Position numbers and translations under genes: made by a program. A stretch of 64,000 nucleotides of DNA from Pseudomonadota bacterium (GTDB taxonomy: Bacteria; Pseudomonadota; Alphaproteobacteria; MPNO01; UBA2964), in contig JAYZFG010000007.1 in the NCBI GenBank assembly GCA_036336885.1, positions 51,978 through 115,977 of the forward strand, in the 5' to 3' direction. Each line of letters starts with the position of its first letter. Within the stretch, counting starts at the first letter, position 1. Positions 29,186 to 38,417 of this stretch are shown here, one piece after another. The notes beneath the pieces were generated by a model that saw nothing but the letters and a program-made list of their open reading frames with translations, had not been told where the DNA came from and searched no databases.

Positions 29186-29739
29186 CGGCGCCTATTCTTG
29201 CTCATGCGATAACTTCGATGGCATCCAGCACAGGACTTTCCGAGAGCTCTGTAAGCCGTCTTAACAGCAACCACATTACCAGCTCTCCCGGCCTCTGCCA
29301 CCGCTGTGGCCGATCGCACCATAGTGTTCATTGCTCGGGCAAAACCCTCCCAATCTTTCCAAATTTGTGGTGATGCCCTACTCGTCTCGCCTTGGATATT
29401 TCTCACAAATAGTTTAAGTGACTGGCGACCATGACCCGCTATGCGTTTAGATGCGTTGGCAATTTTTAAACCATCAAAAGGATTTTTCCCTCGCACCATT
29501 TTTCCTATAATTTTTATTTCAGCACCTATCACCTTCATGCTCTTCATTCGGAGTTTGACGACACCCACACTACCCGCATGAGCAAGCATCCACTGAGAAT
29601 TCTGAAAGGTATTATATTTTTTAGAAACAGATTGGGCCTGAACATAATCCAATGGTCCAAAATGCGAAAATAATATTAGAAATGGAAGTAGGATACTGAA
29701 TTTTATTTTGTTTTTCATAAACGTTACGTAAACTTTCAT
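29182..29739 (-). CDS. Class II cytochrome c (cytochrome c-prime/c556-like) with signal peptide
   Basis: C-terminal heme motif SCAGCHRSY and N-terminal signal MK(V/N)...LLPFLILFSHFGPLDYVQA. The start is ambiguous between 29739 and 29718. Confidence 0.55.
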   Translation of the reverse strand: MKVYVTFMKNKIKFSILLPFLILFSHFGPLDYVQAQSVSKKYNTFQNSQWMLAHAGSVGVVKLRMKSMKVIGAEIKIIGKMVRGKNPFDGLKIANASKRIAGHGRQSLKLFVRNIQGETSRASPQIWKDWEGFARAMNTMVRSATAVAEAGRAGNVVAVKTAYRALGKSCAGCHRSYRMSKNRRR

Positions 29740-29803
29740 AATGGCAATAATTGAGCCCGATAGGAAAGAGCCTCGAAACGGCAATAGATTTAAGGTAATA
29801 ACT

Positions 29804-29873
29804 TTACCCGTTAATTAAACCCTAAAACTTCATACCCGTTAATCAAGATTTAAATGGGGGCAAACGGGTAATA
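29804..29873. promoter_or_regulatory. Triplicated ACCCGTTAAT motif (two direct copies plus one inverted) in the divergent cytochrome c-prime / VOC promoter region
   Basis: TTACCCGTTAAT at 29804-29815 and ATACCCGTTAAT at 29832-29843 are direct copies. AAACGGGTAATA at 29862-29873 is the reverse complement TATTACCCGTTT. Confidence 0.4.
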
Positions 29874-29891
29874 CCAAATTTATTAGGCTAA

Positions 29892-30416
29892 ATGGTATAT
29901 CCTGTTAACATATGTAAGAGAGCATTAAAAAGAAGAAAGGGTATCGAATTGTCAGGATTATCAATTGGACATATTGGTATTCACGTCCCCTCTATAGATG
30001 AAGAATTGAAGTTCCTTGACATCTTAGGCGCTAAACTTACAGCCACCGACACAATGAAAAACGGAGTAAAAGTTGCGTTTGTCTCACTCGATGGAGCTCG
30101 TCATCACACGATAGCCCTATTTGAAGACGGGCAAAAAATTCCCTCTGGCAATTCGCGAACTAAAGGGACTGGGCTTCACCATATCGCAATACCAGTAGAA
30201 AGCCGAGACATCGTTCTCAGGTGGCAACAAATCTTAGAAAACAATGGTATCAAAATTACAGGACCCTCTATCCAGGGGCCTGATGGGGGTGGTCTTTCGA
30301 ATGGCAGCGGGAGCTACTCCATTTTTTTTCAGGATCCTAATGGTATTTGTTTCGAAATTTATACGGGAGCGATGTCTGTCTCTGAATTCAAAGCATATAA
30401 AGAAGCTGCCCGATGA
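29892..30416 (+). CDS. VOC family protein (glyoxalase/extradiol dioxygenase fold)
   Basis: 174 aa with GHIGIHVPSIDEELKF and GLHHIAIPVES. Confidence 0.6.
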   Translation: MVYPVNICKRALKRRKGIELSGLSIGHIGIHVPSIDEELKFLDILGAKLTATDTMKNGVKVAFVSLDGARHHTIALFEDGQKIPSGNSRTKGTGLHHIAIPVESRDIVLRWQQILENNGIKITGPSIQGPDGGGLSNGSGSYSIFFQDPNGICFEIYTGAMSVSEFKAYKEAAR

Positions 30417-31177
30417 AAGAAGAATTTGTCTTCTTGAAAATGAAAGATGGGATGATGAAAACCTTCATTGTTTTTCCCAATGATGGCCGAAAATATTCCC
30501 CTGTGATCCTATTTATGGATATCTGGGGTGTCCGCGAAGAACTTTGGAATATTGCTCGAAAAATTGCATCAAAAGGTTACTACGCTATTTTGCCTAATCT
30601 CTATTATCGGCAGGGTGATATCACAAACATCTTCTGGAATGATAAAGGTCAAATGATTTCGTTGCATAAACTCGATTCCAAAAATGAAAAAATTGTGCAC
30701 AGTCAGCGCAACAGACTTTCGACGACAATGATCCTATCTGACATAAACGACCTGATAGGCTTTATCGATACCCAAGATAACTGCAAGCCTGGCCCTATAG
30801 GCTCTGTGGGCTGGTGTATGGGGGGCTGGATTGGTCTCAAGTCAGCCGCGGAGTTTCCGGACCAATTTCAAGCCACCGCGACCCTGCACGCTACAAAACC
30901 AATATCCAATCAACCAAATTCACCCCATAGGTTTATAAAAAACATGAAAGGTGGACTTTACTGCGGCTGGGCCGAACTCGACCATTTATCGCCGCCGTCA
31001 ATGATACAAGACTTTGAAAAACTCCTAAAAAATCAACCTATCAATTACCGGAGCAATATGCATCGCACGGTTGAACACGGATATGCACTCCCCGACAGAG
31101 ACATATATGACCAAGAAGCCGCCAAAAAGGATTGGGTAGAAATTTTTGATCTTTACGAGCAATACTTAAATAACTGA
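30413..31177 (+). CDS. Dienelactone hydrolase family protein
   Basis: 254 aa with the nucleophile Cys in SVGWCMGGWIG and a conserved His near the C-terminus. It overlaps the upstream gene by 4 bp. Confidence 0.75.
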   Translation: MKEEFVFLKMKDGMMKTFIVFPNDGRKYSPVILFMDIWGVREELWNIARKIASKGYYAILPNLYYRQGDITNIFWNDKGQMISLHKLDSKNEKIVHSQRNRLSTTMILSDINDLIGFIDTQDNCKPGPIGSVGWCMGGWIGLKSAAEFPDQFQATATLHATKPISNQPNSPHRFIKNMKGGLYCGWAELDHLSPPSMIQDFEKLLKNQPINYRSNMHRTVEHGYALPDRDIYDQEAAKKDWVEIFDLYEQYLNN

Positions 31178-31256
31178 TAGGTTATTATCGTTTCTTCAAA
31201 TTACATTTGATCGCTAAAGTTTTTTTTGTTCAAATAAATTTTGCTATGGGGAAGAC

Positions 31257-32111
31257 ATGTCGATGAAAATAACTGCTTTCGACGCGCCCTTAGGCGCTGA
31301 AATAACGGGCATAGACATCCGCCATGAAATAAATGAAGAGGTTTTCTCTCATATTAAAACTGCTTGGCTCAAATACGGTGTCATAGTAATTCGTGAACAG
31401 TCCCTCAGTAAAAAAGAACAAATTAGGTTTGCCAAAAGATTTGGTAATGTGGGCGAGCGCGGCTTACCCGCAGAAAAACGAAAAGAGGTCGATGACTTCG
31501 GCGGGGCAATCATGATGATTACGAATAAAAAAAGTGCCGATGGAAAGTTCATCGGATCTGTCCCTGAGGGCGAATTGTGGTTTCACAGTGACTTGAGTTA
31601 TCGATTGATCCCTGACCAGGCAACCATGTTACATGCGTTAGCCTTGCCGACAAGTGGCGGCAACACGTTATTCTCAAACATGTATGACGCCTATGCAAAC
31701 ATACCACCTGAACTTAAACAAAGACTTCAAGGGAAAAAGGCATTACACGCCTACGATTTTGCAACTACAGCGGGCGTCAATTTAGACCGAGGGCTAGACA
31801 ACATCCAACATTATTGGCAACCAATCTTCGTTCAGCACCCCTTAACGCAACGAACAGCACTCTATGTAAGCCGGTTAATGAGTGCAAAAATAGAAGACTT
31901 GGAGCGCAACGAAAGTGACGAAATTCTTGAGACTTTATTTAAAATTATAGAGAACCCCAAGAGATTATATGAACATGTATGGAGTTTGGGTGACCTGGTA
32001 ATCTGTGACAACCGGTGCTGCACGCATGCTCGTCGAGATTTTCCACCTGATCAACTTCGCATGTTGCAACGGTGCACGGTACGCGGAGAACCAATGATTC
32101 CCGCCATTTAA
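31257..32111 (+). CDS. TauD/TfdA-family Fe(II)/2-oxoglutarate-dependent dioxygenase
   Basis: 284 aa: MSMKITAFDAPLGAEITGIDI..., WHSDLSY (HxD facial triad) and a distal His in CTHARRDF. Confidence 0.8.
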   Translation: MSMKITAFDAPLGAEITGIDIRHEINEEVFSHIKTAWLKYGVIVIREQSLSKKEQIRFAKRFGNVGERGLPAEKRKEVDDFGGAIMMITNKKSADGKFIGSVPEGELWFHSDLSYRLIPDQATMLHALALPTSGGNTLFSNMYDAYANIPPELKQRLQGKKALHAYDFATTAGVNLDRGLDNIQHYWQPIFVQHPLTQRTALYVSRLMSAKIEDLERNESDEILETLFKIIENPKRLYEHVWSLGDLVICDNRCCTHARRDFPPDQLRMLQRCTVRGEPMIPAI

Positions 32112-32114
32112 ATT

Positions 32115-32966
32115 TTATGCGGTCCTCTTGCTCCTGACCGCTAACACATACGAACTACCAAATATAATCATCGCCCCAAGCCAAGTCCAAAAATCTCCTG
32201 TTTCTGAAAACAAGATAAAAGCTGCCAAAGCCGTCATGGGCATACGCAGAAAATCGAAAGGCATCACTGCGCTAGCATCTGCTATAGCAAAAGAACGAGC
32301 ATAAGCATAGACCGCTATTGTGCCATTGACGCCAATCGCGATGAATATCGGAATATCTTCCAATGTCGGAGTAACCCAAAATATAAGTGCCGGGACCATT
32401 GCAATTGGAAACATTAATAAATTGAAATAGAATACCGATTGTTTGGCTGTATCCGTTGTCATCAAACGCTTTACACAGATATTAGAAACAGCGTAGGAAA
32501 ATGCGGACACCAAAACTAAAATTGTTGCCAACTCTACACTAATTACACCCGGCCTTATTATAACAAGTAAACCTAGAAACCCTATTATCACGGCCACCCA
32601 ACGCTCACTTGTCACGGTCTCTTTAAGAATTAACGCCGCCAGTAGGACAACGAATAATGGTTGTGTGAAACTCAGGGCCGTCACATCAGGAAGCGGTATT
32701 TTTGCGATTCCGTAAAATAATAACAAAACACCAATATATGAAAGCAGAGCTCTAAGGCAGTGTAAGGGCAGACGCTGCGTTTTAAGGGTTGAAAACCCTG
32801 CATTCATTGCCGGAGGCAGCAAAATAAAGACAGCGACAACATTTCGAAAAAACAGAATTTGGAAAGATGAATAATCATATGATAACTGGCGCACTAGGAT
32901 CGTCATGAACGTCCAACACAAACCTGCAAGGACCATCCAGGCCGCACCCCGCAGATTACTATTCAT
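32115..32966 (-). CDS. DMT-superfamily (EamA-like) transporter
   Basis: 283 aa, 10 TM segments, duplicated EamA domain. Confidence 0.7.
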   Translation of the reverse strand: MNSNLRGAAWMVLAGLCWTFMTILVRQLSYDYSSFQILFFRNVVAVFILLPPAMNAGFSTLKTQRLPLHCLRALLSYIGVLLLFYGIAKIPLPDVTALSFTQPLFVVLLAALILKETVTSERWVAVIIGFLGLLVIIRPGVISVELATILVLVSAFSYAVSNICVKRLMTTDTAKQSVFYFNLLMFPIAMVPALIFWVTPTLEDIPIFIAIGVNGTIAVYAYARSFAIADASAVMPFDFLRMPMTALAAFILFSETGDFWTWLGAMIIFGSSYVLAVRSKRTA

Positions 32967-32993
32967 TAAACTACAATTCCTGAACCGGGTTTA

Positions 32994-34451
32994 TTATTTT
33001 CCGCCTTTGACGAAACTATCCGGCAAAACGCTGCTCCATTTAGCGCGAATCCGAGAATCAAGATCGGGACTATTTCGTGCTACGATTGGAAAAGTCTCAC
33101 GACGTTTGAATGGTATGCAAGCGTCAACCACTACACGCGCGTTACGGCGATCTGTTTCATCATCGAAACACATTGGATCAAGGTGAGAACTCCACCCCCC
33201 CGAAATAACATCAACATCATCGCGGGGATCACAACGTGTACACATAGACCAGAGAACGTCATTTATGTTGGTAGGGTCTATGTCTTCGTCAACAACCACC
33301 GTCCAGCGATTGCAATAGGCTCCTGCTAGGCATTGCGATGCCACCAAACCAGCCTGCTTAGCGTGACCCCCATATAATTGTTTTATTGCGACTGTGAGCC
33401 AGAAACGGCTACCCCCGGCTTCATGCGCCCATACTCCTTTTATCTCAGGAATTCCTGCAGCTTCAAGCTGTGACCAAACAGCACCACAGCGATAATGACC
33501 CAAATAATACGTATTATCATTTGGAGGGATGGCCGGTACAGCCCCCATAAGAACGGGGTTGTTTCGGTGCATCATTGTCTCAACCCGAATGGCAGGTTCC
33601 AGTCTTTGTCCACCGGCATAATACCCTGTCCACTCACCGAGAGGCCCTTCGACAACTTCATCCTCTGGATGTATATAACCTTCAAGGGAGATCTCCGCAT
33701 TTGCTGGGACGGGCAGACCGGTTTTGGGCATATTTATAATTTCAATTGCCTCATCAAATATTCCACCAGCCGCTTCATATTCACTCTTACCATAAGGAAT
33801 TTCGAGACCAGCAAGCATAAATAAAGCAGGATGCATGCCGAAAACAGCTGCAACAGGGCAAGGCTCGCCTCGCGAATGATACTTCTCCATAATTAACCGA
33901 CCATGCTTGCCCGGAGACATCATCACGGAGGCCACATCAGGTTCATGGACCTGCATCCGATAGGTACCGTAGTTAATCCAACCACTATCGGGGTCCTTCA
34001 TAACCACCATGCACGCCGTTCCAATAAAGTGACCGCCGTCATGCTCATGCCATACGGGAGTTGGTATCGACGTCAGGTCAACATCTCCACCCTCGGTGAC
34101 ATTATCAAGGAGAGGTCCTCCATTAACTTGTTTTGGCGGCACTGAGGGGGCATCACCCATATACTTCCGCCACCACTGTACCAACTCCATCTCGGAAGCA
34201 TCCTCTGGTAGACCCAGGGCCAAATTTATACGAGGTGTTGAGGTCAGGAGGTTAGATAGAACTCGATGGCCATTTGGAAAACCCGGAATATCGTCAAACA
34301 TAAGCGCCGGATTGCCCATCTTGCGCTGAACAATATCAACGATACCACCAATATCTTCCTTTGGTTCTGCACCTGAAATTTTATGCAATTCCCCTGCCGC
34401 ATCAATTTCATCGATCCAGTTCCGTAAATCTTTATTGGCCACCGTGGTCAC
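32994..34451 (-). CDS. UbiD-family decarboxylase, paralog 4
   Basis: 485 aa: ...VMKDPDSGWINYGTYRMQV...GPLGEWTGYYAGG...WTVVVDEDIDPTNINDVLWSM... Among the in-window paralogs it is closest to paralog 1. Confidence 0.85.
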   Translation of the reverse strand: MTTVANKDLRNWIDEIDAAGELHKISGAEPKEDIGGIVDIVQRKMGNPALMFDDIPGFPNGHRVLSNLLTSTPRINLALGLPEDASEMELVQWWRKYMGDAPSVPPKQVNGGPLLDNVTEGGDVDLTSIPTPVWHEHDGGHFIGTACMVVMKDPDSGWINYGTYRMQVHEPDVASVMMSPGKHGRLIMEKYHSRGEPCPVAAVFGMHPALFMLAGLEIPYGKSEYEAAGGIFDEAIEIINMPKTGLPVPANAEISLEGYIHPEDEVVEGPLGEWTGYYAGGQRLEPAIRVETMMHRNNPVLMGAVPAIPPNDNTYYLGHYRCGAVWSQLEAAGIPEIKGVWAHEAGGSRFWLTVAIKQLYGGHAKQAGLVASQCLAGAYCNRWTVVVDEDIDPTNINDVLWSMCTRCDPRDDVDVISGGWSSHLDPMCFDDETDRRNARVVVDACIPFKRRETFPIVARNSPDLDSRIRAKWSSVLPDSFVKGGK

Positions 34452-34616
34452 TCCGAGCGGTTTGAGAATGTATTATGGTTAGCCTGTTTTAACGAAAATG
34501 AAAATGGATTTAAAAAAAATAATTGGTCAGTACCTTGAACTTAGATGGCGAAGATGGGAGCATCGCCGCGATAAATCATAGGCCGACTGAACCTAAAACT
34601 GAAGAAGGAGAAAGGC

Positions 34617-35486
34617 GTGAAGGCGCCCAAGTTTAATTATATAAAAGCAAAATCAAGACACCAGGCGCTCGAATTATTAGACAGCCTTGGAGATGAGGGC
34701 CGAATAATTGCGGGAGGCCAAAGTTTAATGCCAACCTTGAATATGCGTCTCTCACAACCAGATACGCTGATTGATATCAACCAAATACCTGACCTCCAAA
34801 GAATAGCTGTAGAAAATGATATCGTTAAAATTGGTGCCCTATGCCGCCACGCAGACATTGCTCAATCACCAATTATTAATGAACACCTATCACTAATCTC
34901 TCAGGCAATGTACCACGTCGCTCATGTTGCTGTACGTAATCGAGGTACAATCGGTGGAAGCATTGCCCTCGCCGACCCAGCCGCAGAGCTGCCTGCATGT
35001 GCAGTGGCACTCGGTGCTACTTTAGCCGTCGAAAGCATAAATGGGCGACGAGAAATAGCAGCTGAAGACTTTTTCAAAGGCCTATATGAAACTGCTCGCC
35101 AATCTAATGAACTTTTGGTAGAGATTATGATTCCAAGGGAAAAGTCGGACGACGTCTCCGTATTTATGGAGTTAGCCCAACGACACGGTGACTTTGCCAT
35201 CGCAGGACTGGCGTGCTTAGCAAGGGTCAAAAACAAAAGTTTTGAGAAATTACGATTAGTGTATTTTGGTAGTGAGGACAAACCCACACTAGCCAGAAAG
35301 ACCGCAGATGCCGTAATCGGAAAGACTTGGTCGGAGAAGCGTCGAGCAGCCGCAATTGATGCGTTAGCTGACGACCTAGACCCCATGGAGAATCTACAAG
35401 GTAGTGCCAGTATGAAGCTGCATTTACAAAAGGTACTTACCGGTAGAGTTCTTGATACCGTCATAGATCGTGGGGGGATAGAATGA
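34617..35486 (+). CDS. Molybdenum hydroxylase medium (FAD-binding) subunit, module 2
   Basis: 289 aa paralogous to 1292..2173 (RIIAGGQSLMPTLNMRL, GTIGGSIA). It overlaps the next gene by 4 bp. Confidence 0.85.
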   Translation: MKAPKFNYIKAKSRHQALELLDSLGDEGRIIAGGQSLMPTLNMRLSQPDTLIDINQIPDLQRIAVENDIVKIGALCRHADIAQSPIINEHLSLISQAMYHVAHVAVRNRGTIGGSIALADPAAELPACAVALGATLAVESINGRREIAAEDFFKGLYETARQSNELLVEIMIPREKSDDVSVFMELAQRHGDFAIAGLACLARVKNKSFEKLRLVYFGSEDKPTLARKTADAVIGKTWSEKRRAAAIDALADDLDPMENLQGSASMKLHLQKVLTGRVLDTVIDRGGIE

Positions 35487-35971
35487 TGGACGAAATCTCG
35501 ATGGAAATTTCACTCACAGTCAACGGTGAAAAAATCACCAAGACCGTCCCCGTTCGCCAACACCTTGTTGACTTTCTTCGAATAGAGCTGGGACTCACAG
35601 GTTCTCACCTTGGCTGTGAACACGGTATCTGTGGCGCATGTTCAATTCGGGTTGATGGAGCAGTTGTCAGAGGCTGCCTCATGCTGGCAGTTCAGGCTGA
35701 TGGAACCGAAGTTTTTACTATAGAGGGCCTCACGGAAACGGGCGAAATAGCGGATCTGCAAAATAATTTTGTCGAAAGAAACGCTATGCAATGCGGTTAT
35801 TGTACTCCTGGCATGCTGGTGACCGCTGCGGAATTACTACGGGACCTCAAGCCCCGCAGTCGAGAAGATATCCGAAATCATTTATCTGGTAACTTCTGCA
35901 GATGTACAGGTTATCACGCCATCGTCGATGCAGTCGAAAAAACCATCAATAAACGCCTTGAGGACAGTTAA
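35483..35971 (+). CDS. Molybdenum hydroxylase small (2Fe-2S) subunit, module 2
   Basis: GCEHGICGACSI and QCGYCTPGM...CRCTGY. Confidence 0.9.
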   Translation: MMDEISMEISLTVNGEKITKTVPVRQHLVDFLRIELGLTGSHLGCEHGICGACSIRVDGAVVRGCLMLAVQADGTEVFTIEGLTETGEIADLQNNFVERNAMQCGYCTPGMLVTAAELLRDLKPRSREDIRNHLSGNFCRCTGYHAIVDAVEKTINKRLEDS

Positions 35972-35974
35972 GCT

Positions 35975-38362
35975 ATGAATAAGGAAAATGAACTTTATCT
36001 GCTTGACCGTCCAAATAGTTATGTTGGACGCACCCTATCGCGGGAAGCCGCAAAACGTGCTGTTGCAGGAAGGGGACGTTATACAGACGATATTTCGCCT
36101 AACCGAACGCTGCATGCAACCTTTGTCCGAAGCCCCTACGGACATGCAAAAATTTTATCTATTGACGTTGATGCCGCCAAGAAACACCCAGGTGTCGCCC
36201 TCGTAATGACAGGTGTAGAACTTTCAGAAATGTGCACGGGGCCCTGGGTTGGAACACTAGTCTGTTTTGAGGGCATGAAGTCTGCACCACAATACGCGAT
36301 GGCGGTTGACCGTACATGCTGGCAAGGTGAGCCCATTGTCATGGTTGTCGCGAGTAGCCGTGCGGTAGCAGAAGATGCCGCCGAGTTAGTCTCTGTAGAG
36401 TATGAAGAATTGGCTGTCGTAGTCGATAAGGAAACTGCGCTGGACCCAAAAACACCAGTAATTCATCCTGAGTTGGGGGACAACCTTGCCTTTGAAAAAA
36501 CGATCGAAACCGGCGATGTTGAAACAGCGACTTCCGAGGCTGATATTGTAATCGAAGATACCTTTACCTTTGGAAGACATACCGCAGTGAGTTTGGAACC
36601 TCGAGCTCTATTGGCTGAGTATGACCCTGGCACCGAGAGGCTCACGATACATACTAGCAGCCAATGCCCACACATGATCCAGGCCGTCTTTGCCCGCACC
36701 TTAGGAATTCCAGAGCATAATGTCCGAATAGTAGCCGCTGATGTTGGGGGTTCTTTTGGCCTAAAGATCCACACCTTTGGCGACGAAGTCGCAACGACTG
36801 CGGCATCGATAAAGCTAGGAAGGCCAGTAAAGTTTATTGCTGATCGTTTAGAGAGTTTTGCAACTGACATTCACGCGAGGGAAAACCGCGTAAAGGGGCG
36901 TATCGCGGTCACTAAAGATGGGATTATCACCTCCATGGATATAGATATACGCTCCGGTGCGGGTGCATATTCTCAGTATCCCCGCACCAGTGTTTTCGAG
37001 GCCAACCAAATATTAAATATCACTGGCGGTCCGTACGCGCATGAAAATTACCGCGCAACCACTCAAGTCGTTTATTTGAATAAAGTTCCAACATCACAAT
37101 ATAGAGCTGTTGGACATCCCATCGGAAATTCAGTAGGCGAGTCTTTGGTTGACCAGGCTGCCGCCGCTTGTGGGATTGACCCAATGGAATTTCGGCGTCG
37201 AAACGTCATGCATGACGATTCATATCCAAGGACCAGTGCCGCAGGTATCGAGATGCAAGATTTATCTCATCAAAAATGTCTCGAAACGCTTGTCGACCGC
37301 ATGAACTATGATGAACTGCGTCAGGAACAATCCAAATATAGAGAAAAGGGTATCCAGCGGGGTATTGGTATCGCAGCCTTCATCAAAGGCACCGCTCCGG
37401 GTCCCTCCGGATACTATGGTGCAGGGGGTGCTCCAATAGCAACGCAAGATGCCTGCACCGTTAAGTTGGAACCCTCGGGCGGTGTGTTATGCATGGTTGG
37501 TGTAACTGATCAGGGCCAGGGTGTTGACACCGTGATGGGTCAAATAACTGCTGCAACATTGGGAGTACCGATAGAGTCTGTGCGGGTGATAGAGGGTGAT
37601 ACCGATGCTGTACCATATGGCGGTGGGACTTATGCCTCACGCGCTACTGCTATCGGCGGAGAGGCAACTTACCAAGCAGCTCAGAAGCTGAGGGAAGAGA
37701 TCCTTGAAATCGCAGGTTCATTACTTCAAACGGACACCGATAAACTAGACATTATCGACGGGAACATAGTGGATAAAGGCGATACAACATCACGAATTTC
37801 GTTGGCCGAGATAGGACGGATAGGTCACTTTCAGGTTTCAGAATTGCCAAACCATATTCAACCTGTACTTTCCGCAACCCATCGTTTTCGTCTTCGTGAT
37901 GCACTTTATATTTTCACTAATGGTATACAGGGTGCGTATGTCGAGGTTGATGTCGATACAGGTTTTATAAAACTCCTGAACCACTGGGTTATTGAAGATT
38001 GTGGCCGCGTGATCAACCCACAGCTCGCCGATGAACAAGTGCGAGGTGGGTGTGTTCAAGGGCTTGGGGGCGCACTTTACGAAGAATGTGTCTATGATGA
38101 TGCTGGACAATTGCAGAACGCAACTCTTGCTGATTATTTAACGCCCATGGCTGGTGAAATGCCGGATATAGAAGTAGCTCATATTCAAACCCATACAAGT
38201 GTCTCCGAACTGGGCGCAAAAGGTGTTGGAGAATCGGGGACTGGGGCTGCTCCTGCCGTCGTTATGAACGCTGTTAATGATGCAATACGTCCTTTTGGGG
38301 GAAAGGTCACATGCCAACCGATGTCACCTCAAATTATCCTTCAGGCCTTGGGCAAGATATAA
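35975..38362 (+). CDS. Molybdenum hydroxylase large subunit, module 2
   Basis: 795 aa containing GGSFGLK and a C-terminal GAKGVGESG. It is paralogous to 2652..5045. Confidence 0.85.
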   Translation: MNKENELYLLDRPNSYVGRTLSREAAKRAVAGRGRYTDDISPNRTLHATFVRSPYGHAKILSIDVDAAKKHPGVALVMTGVELSEMCTGPWVGTLVCFEGMKSAPQYAMAVDRTCWQGEPIVMVVASSRAVAEDAAELVSVEYEELAVVVDKETALDPKTPVIHPELGDNLAFEKTIETGDVETATSEADIVIEDTFTFGRHTAVSLEPRALLAEYDPGTERLTIHTSSQCPHMIQAVFARTLGIPEHNVRIVAADVGGSFGLKIHTFGDEVATTAASIKLGRPVKFIADRLESFATDIHARENRVKGRIAVTKDGIITSMDIDIRSGAGAYSQYPRTSVFEANQILNITGGPYAHENYRATTQVVYLNKVPTSQYRAVGHPIGNSVGESLVDQAAAACGIDPMEFRRRNVMHDDSYPRTSAAGIEMQDLSHQKCLETLVDRMNYDELRQEQSKYREKGIQRGIGIAAFIKGTAPGPSGYYGAGGAPIATQDACTVKLEPSGGVLCMVGVTDQGQGVDTVMGQITAATLGVPIESVRVIEGDTDAVPYGGGTYASRATAIGGEATYQAAQKLREEILEIAGSLLQTDTDKLDIIDGNIVDKGDTTSRISLAEIGRIGHFQVSELPNHIQPVLSATHRFRLRDALYIFTNGIQGAYVEVDVDTGFIKLLNHWVIEDCGRVINPQLADEQVRGGCVQGLGGALYEECVYDDAGQLQNATLADYLTPMAGEMPDIEVAHIQTHTSVSELGAKGVGESGTGAAPAVVMNAVNDAIRPFGGKVTCQPMSPQIILQALGKI

Positions 38363-38417
38363 TGTTTGGAAGCCATTCCTAAATTTTTCCAAATCAAAAG
38401 CGAAAGGATATCAGAAT

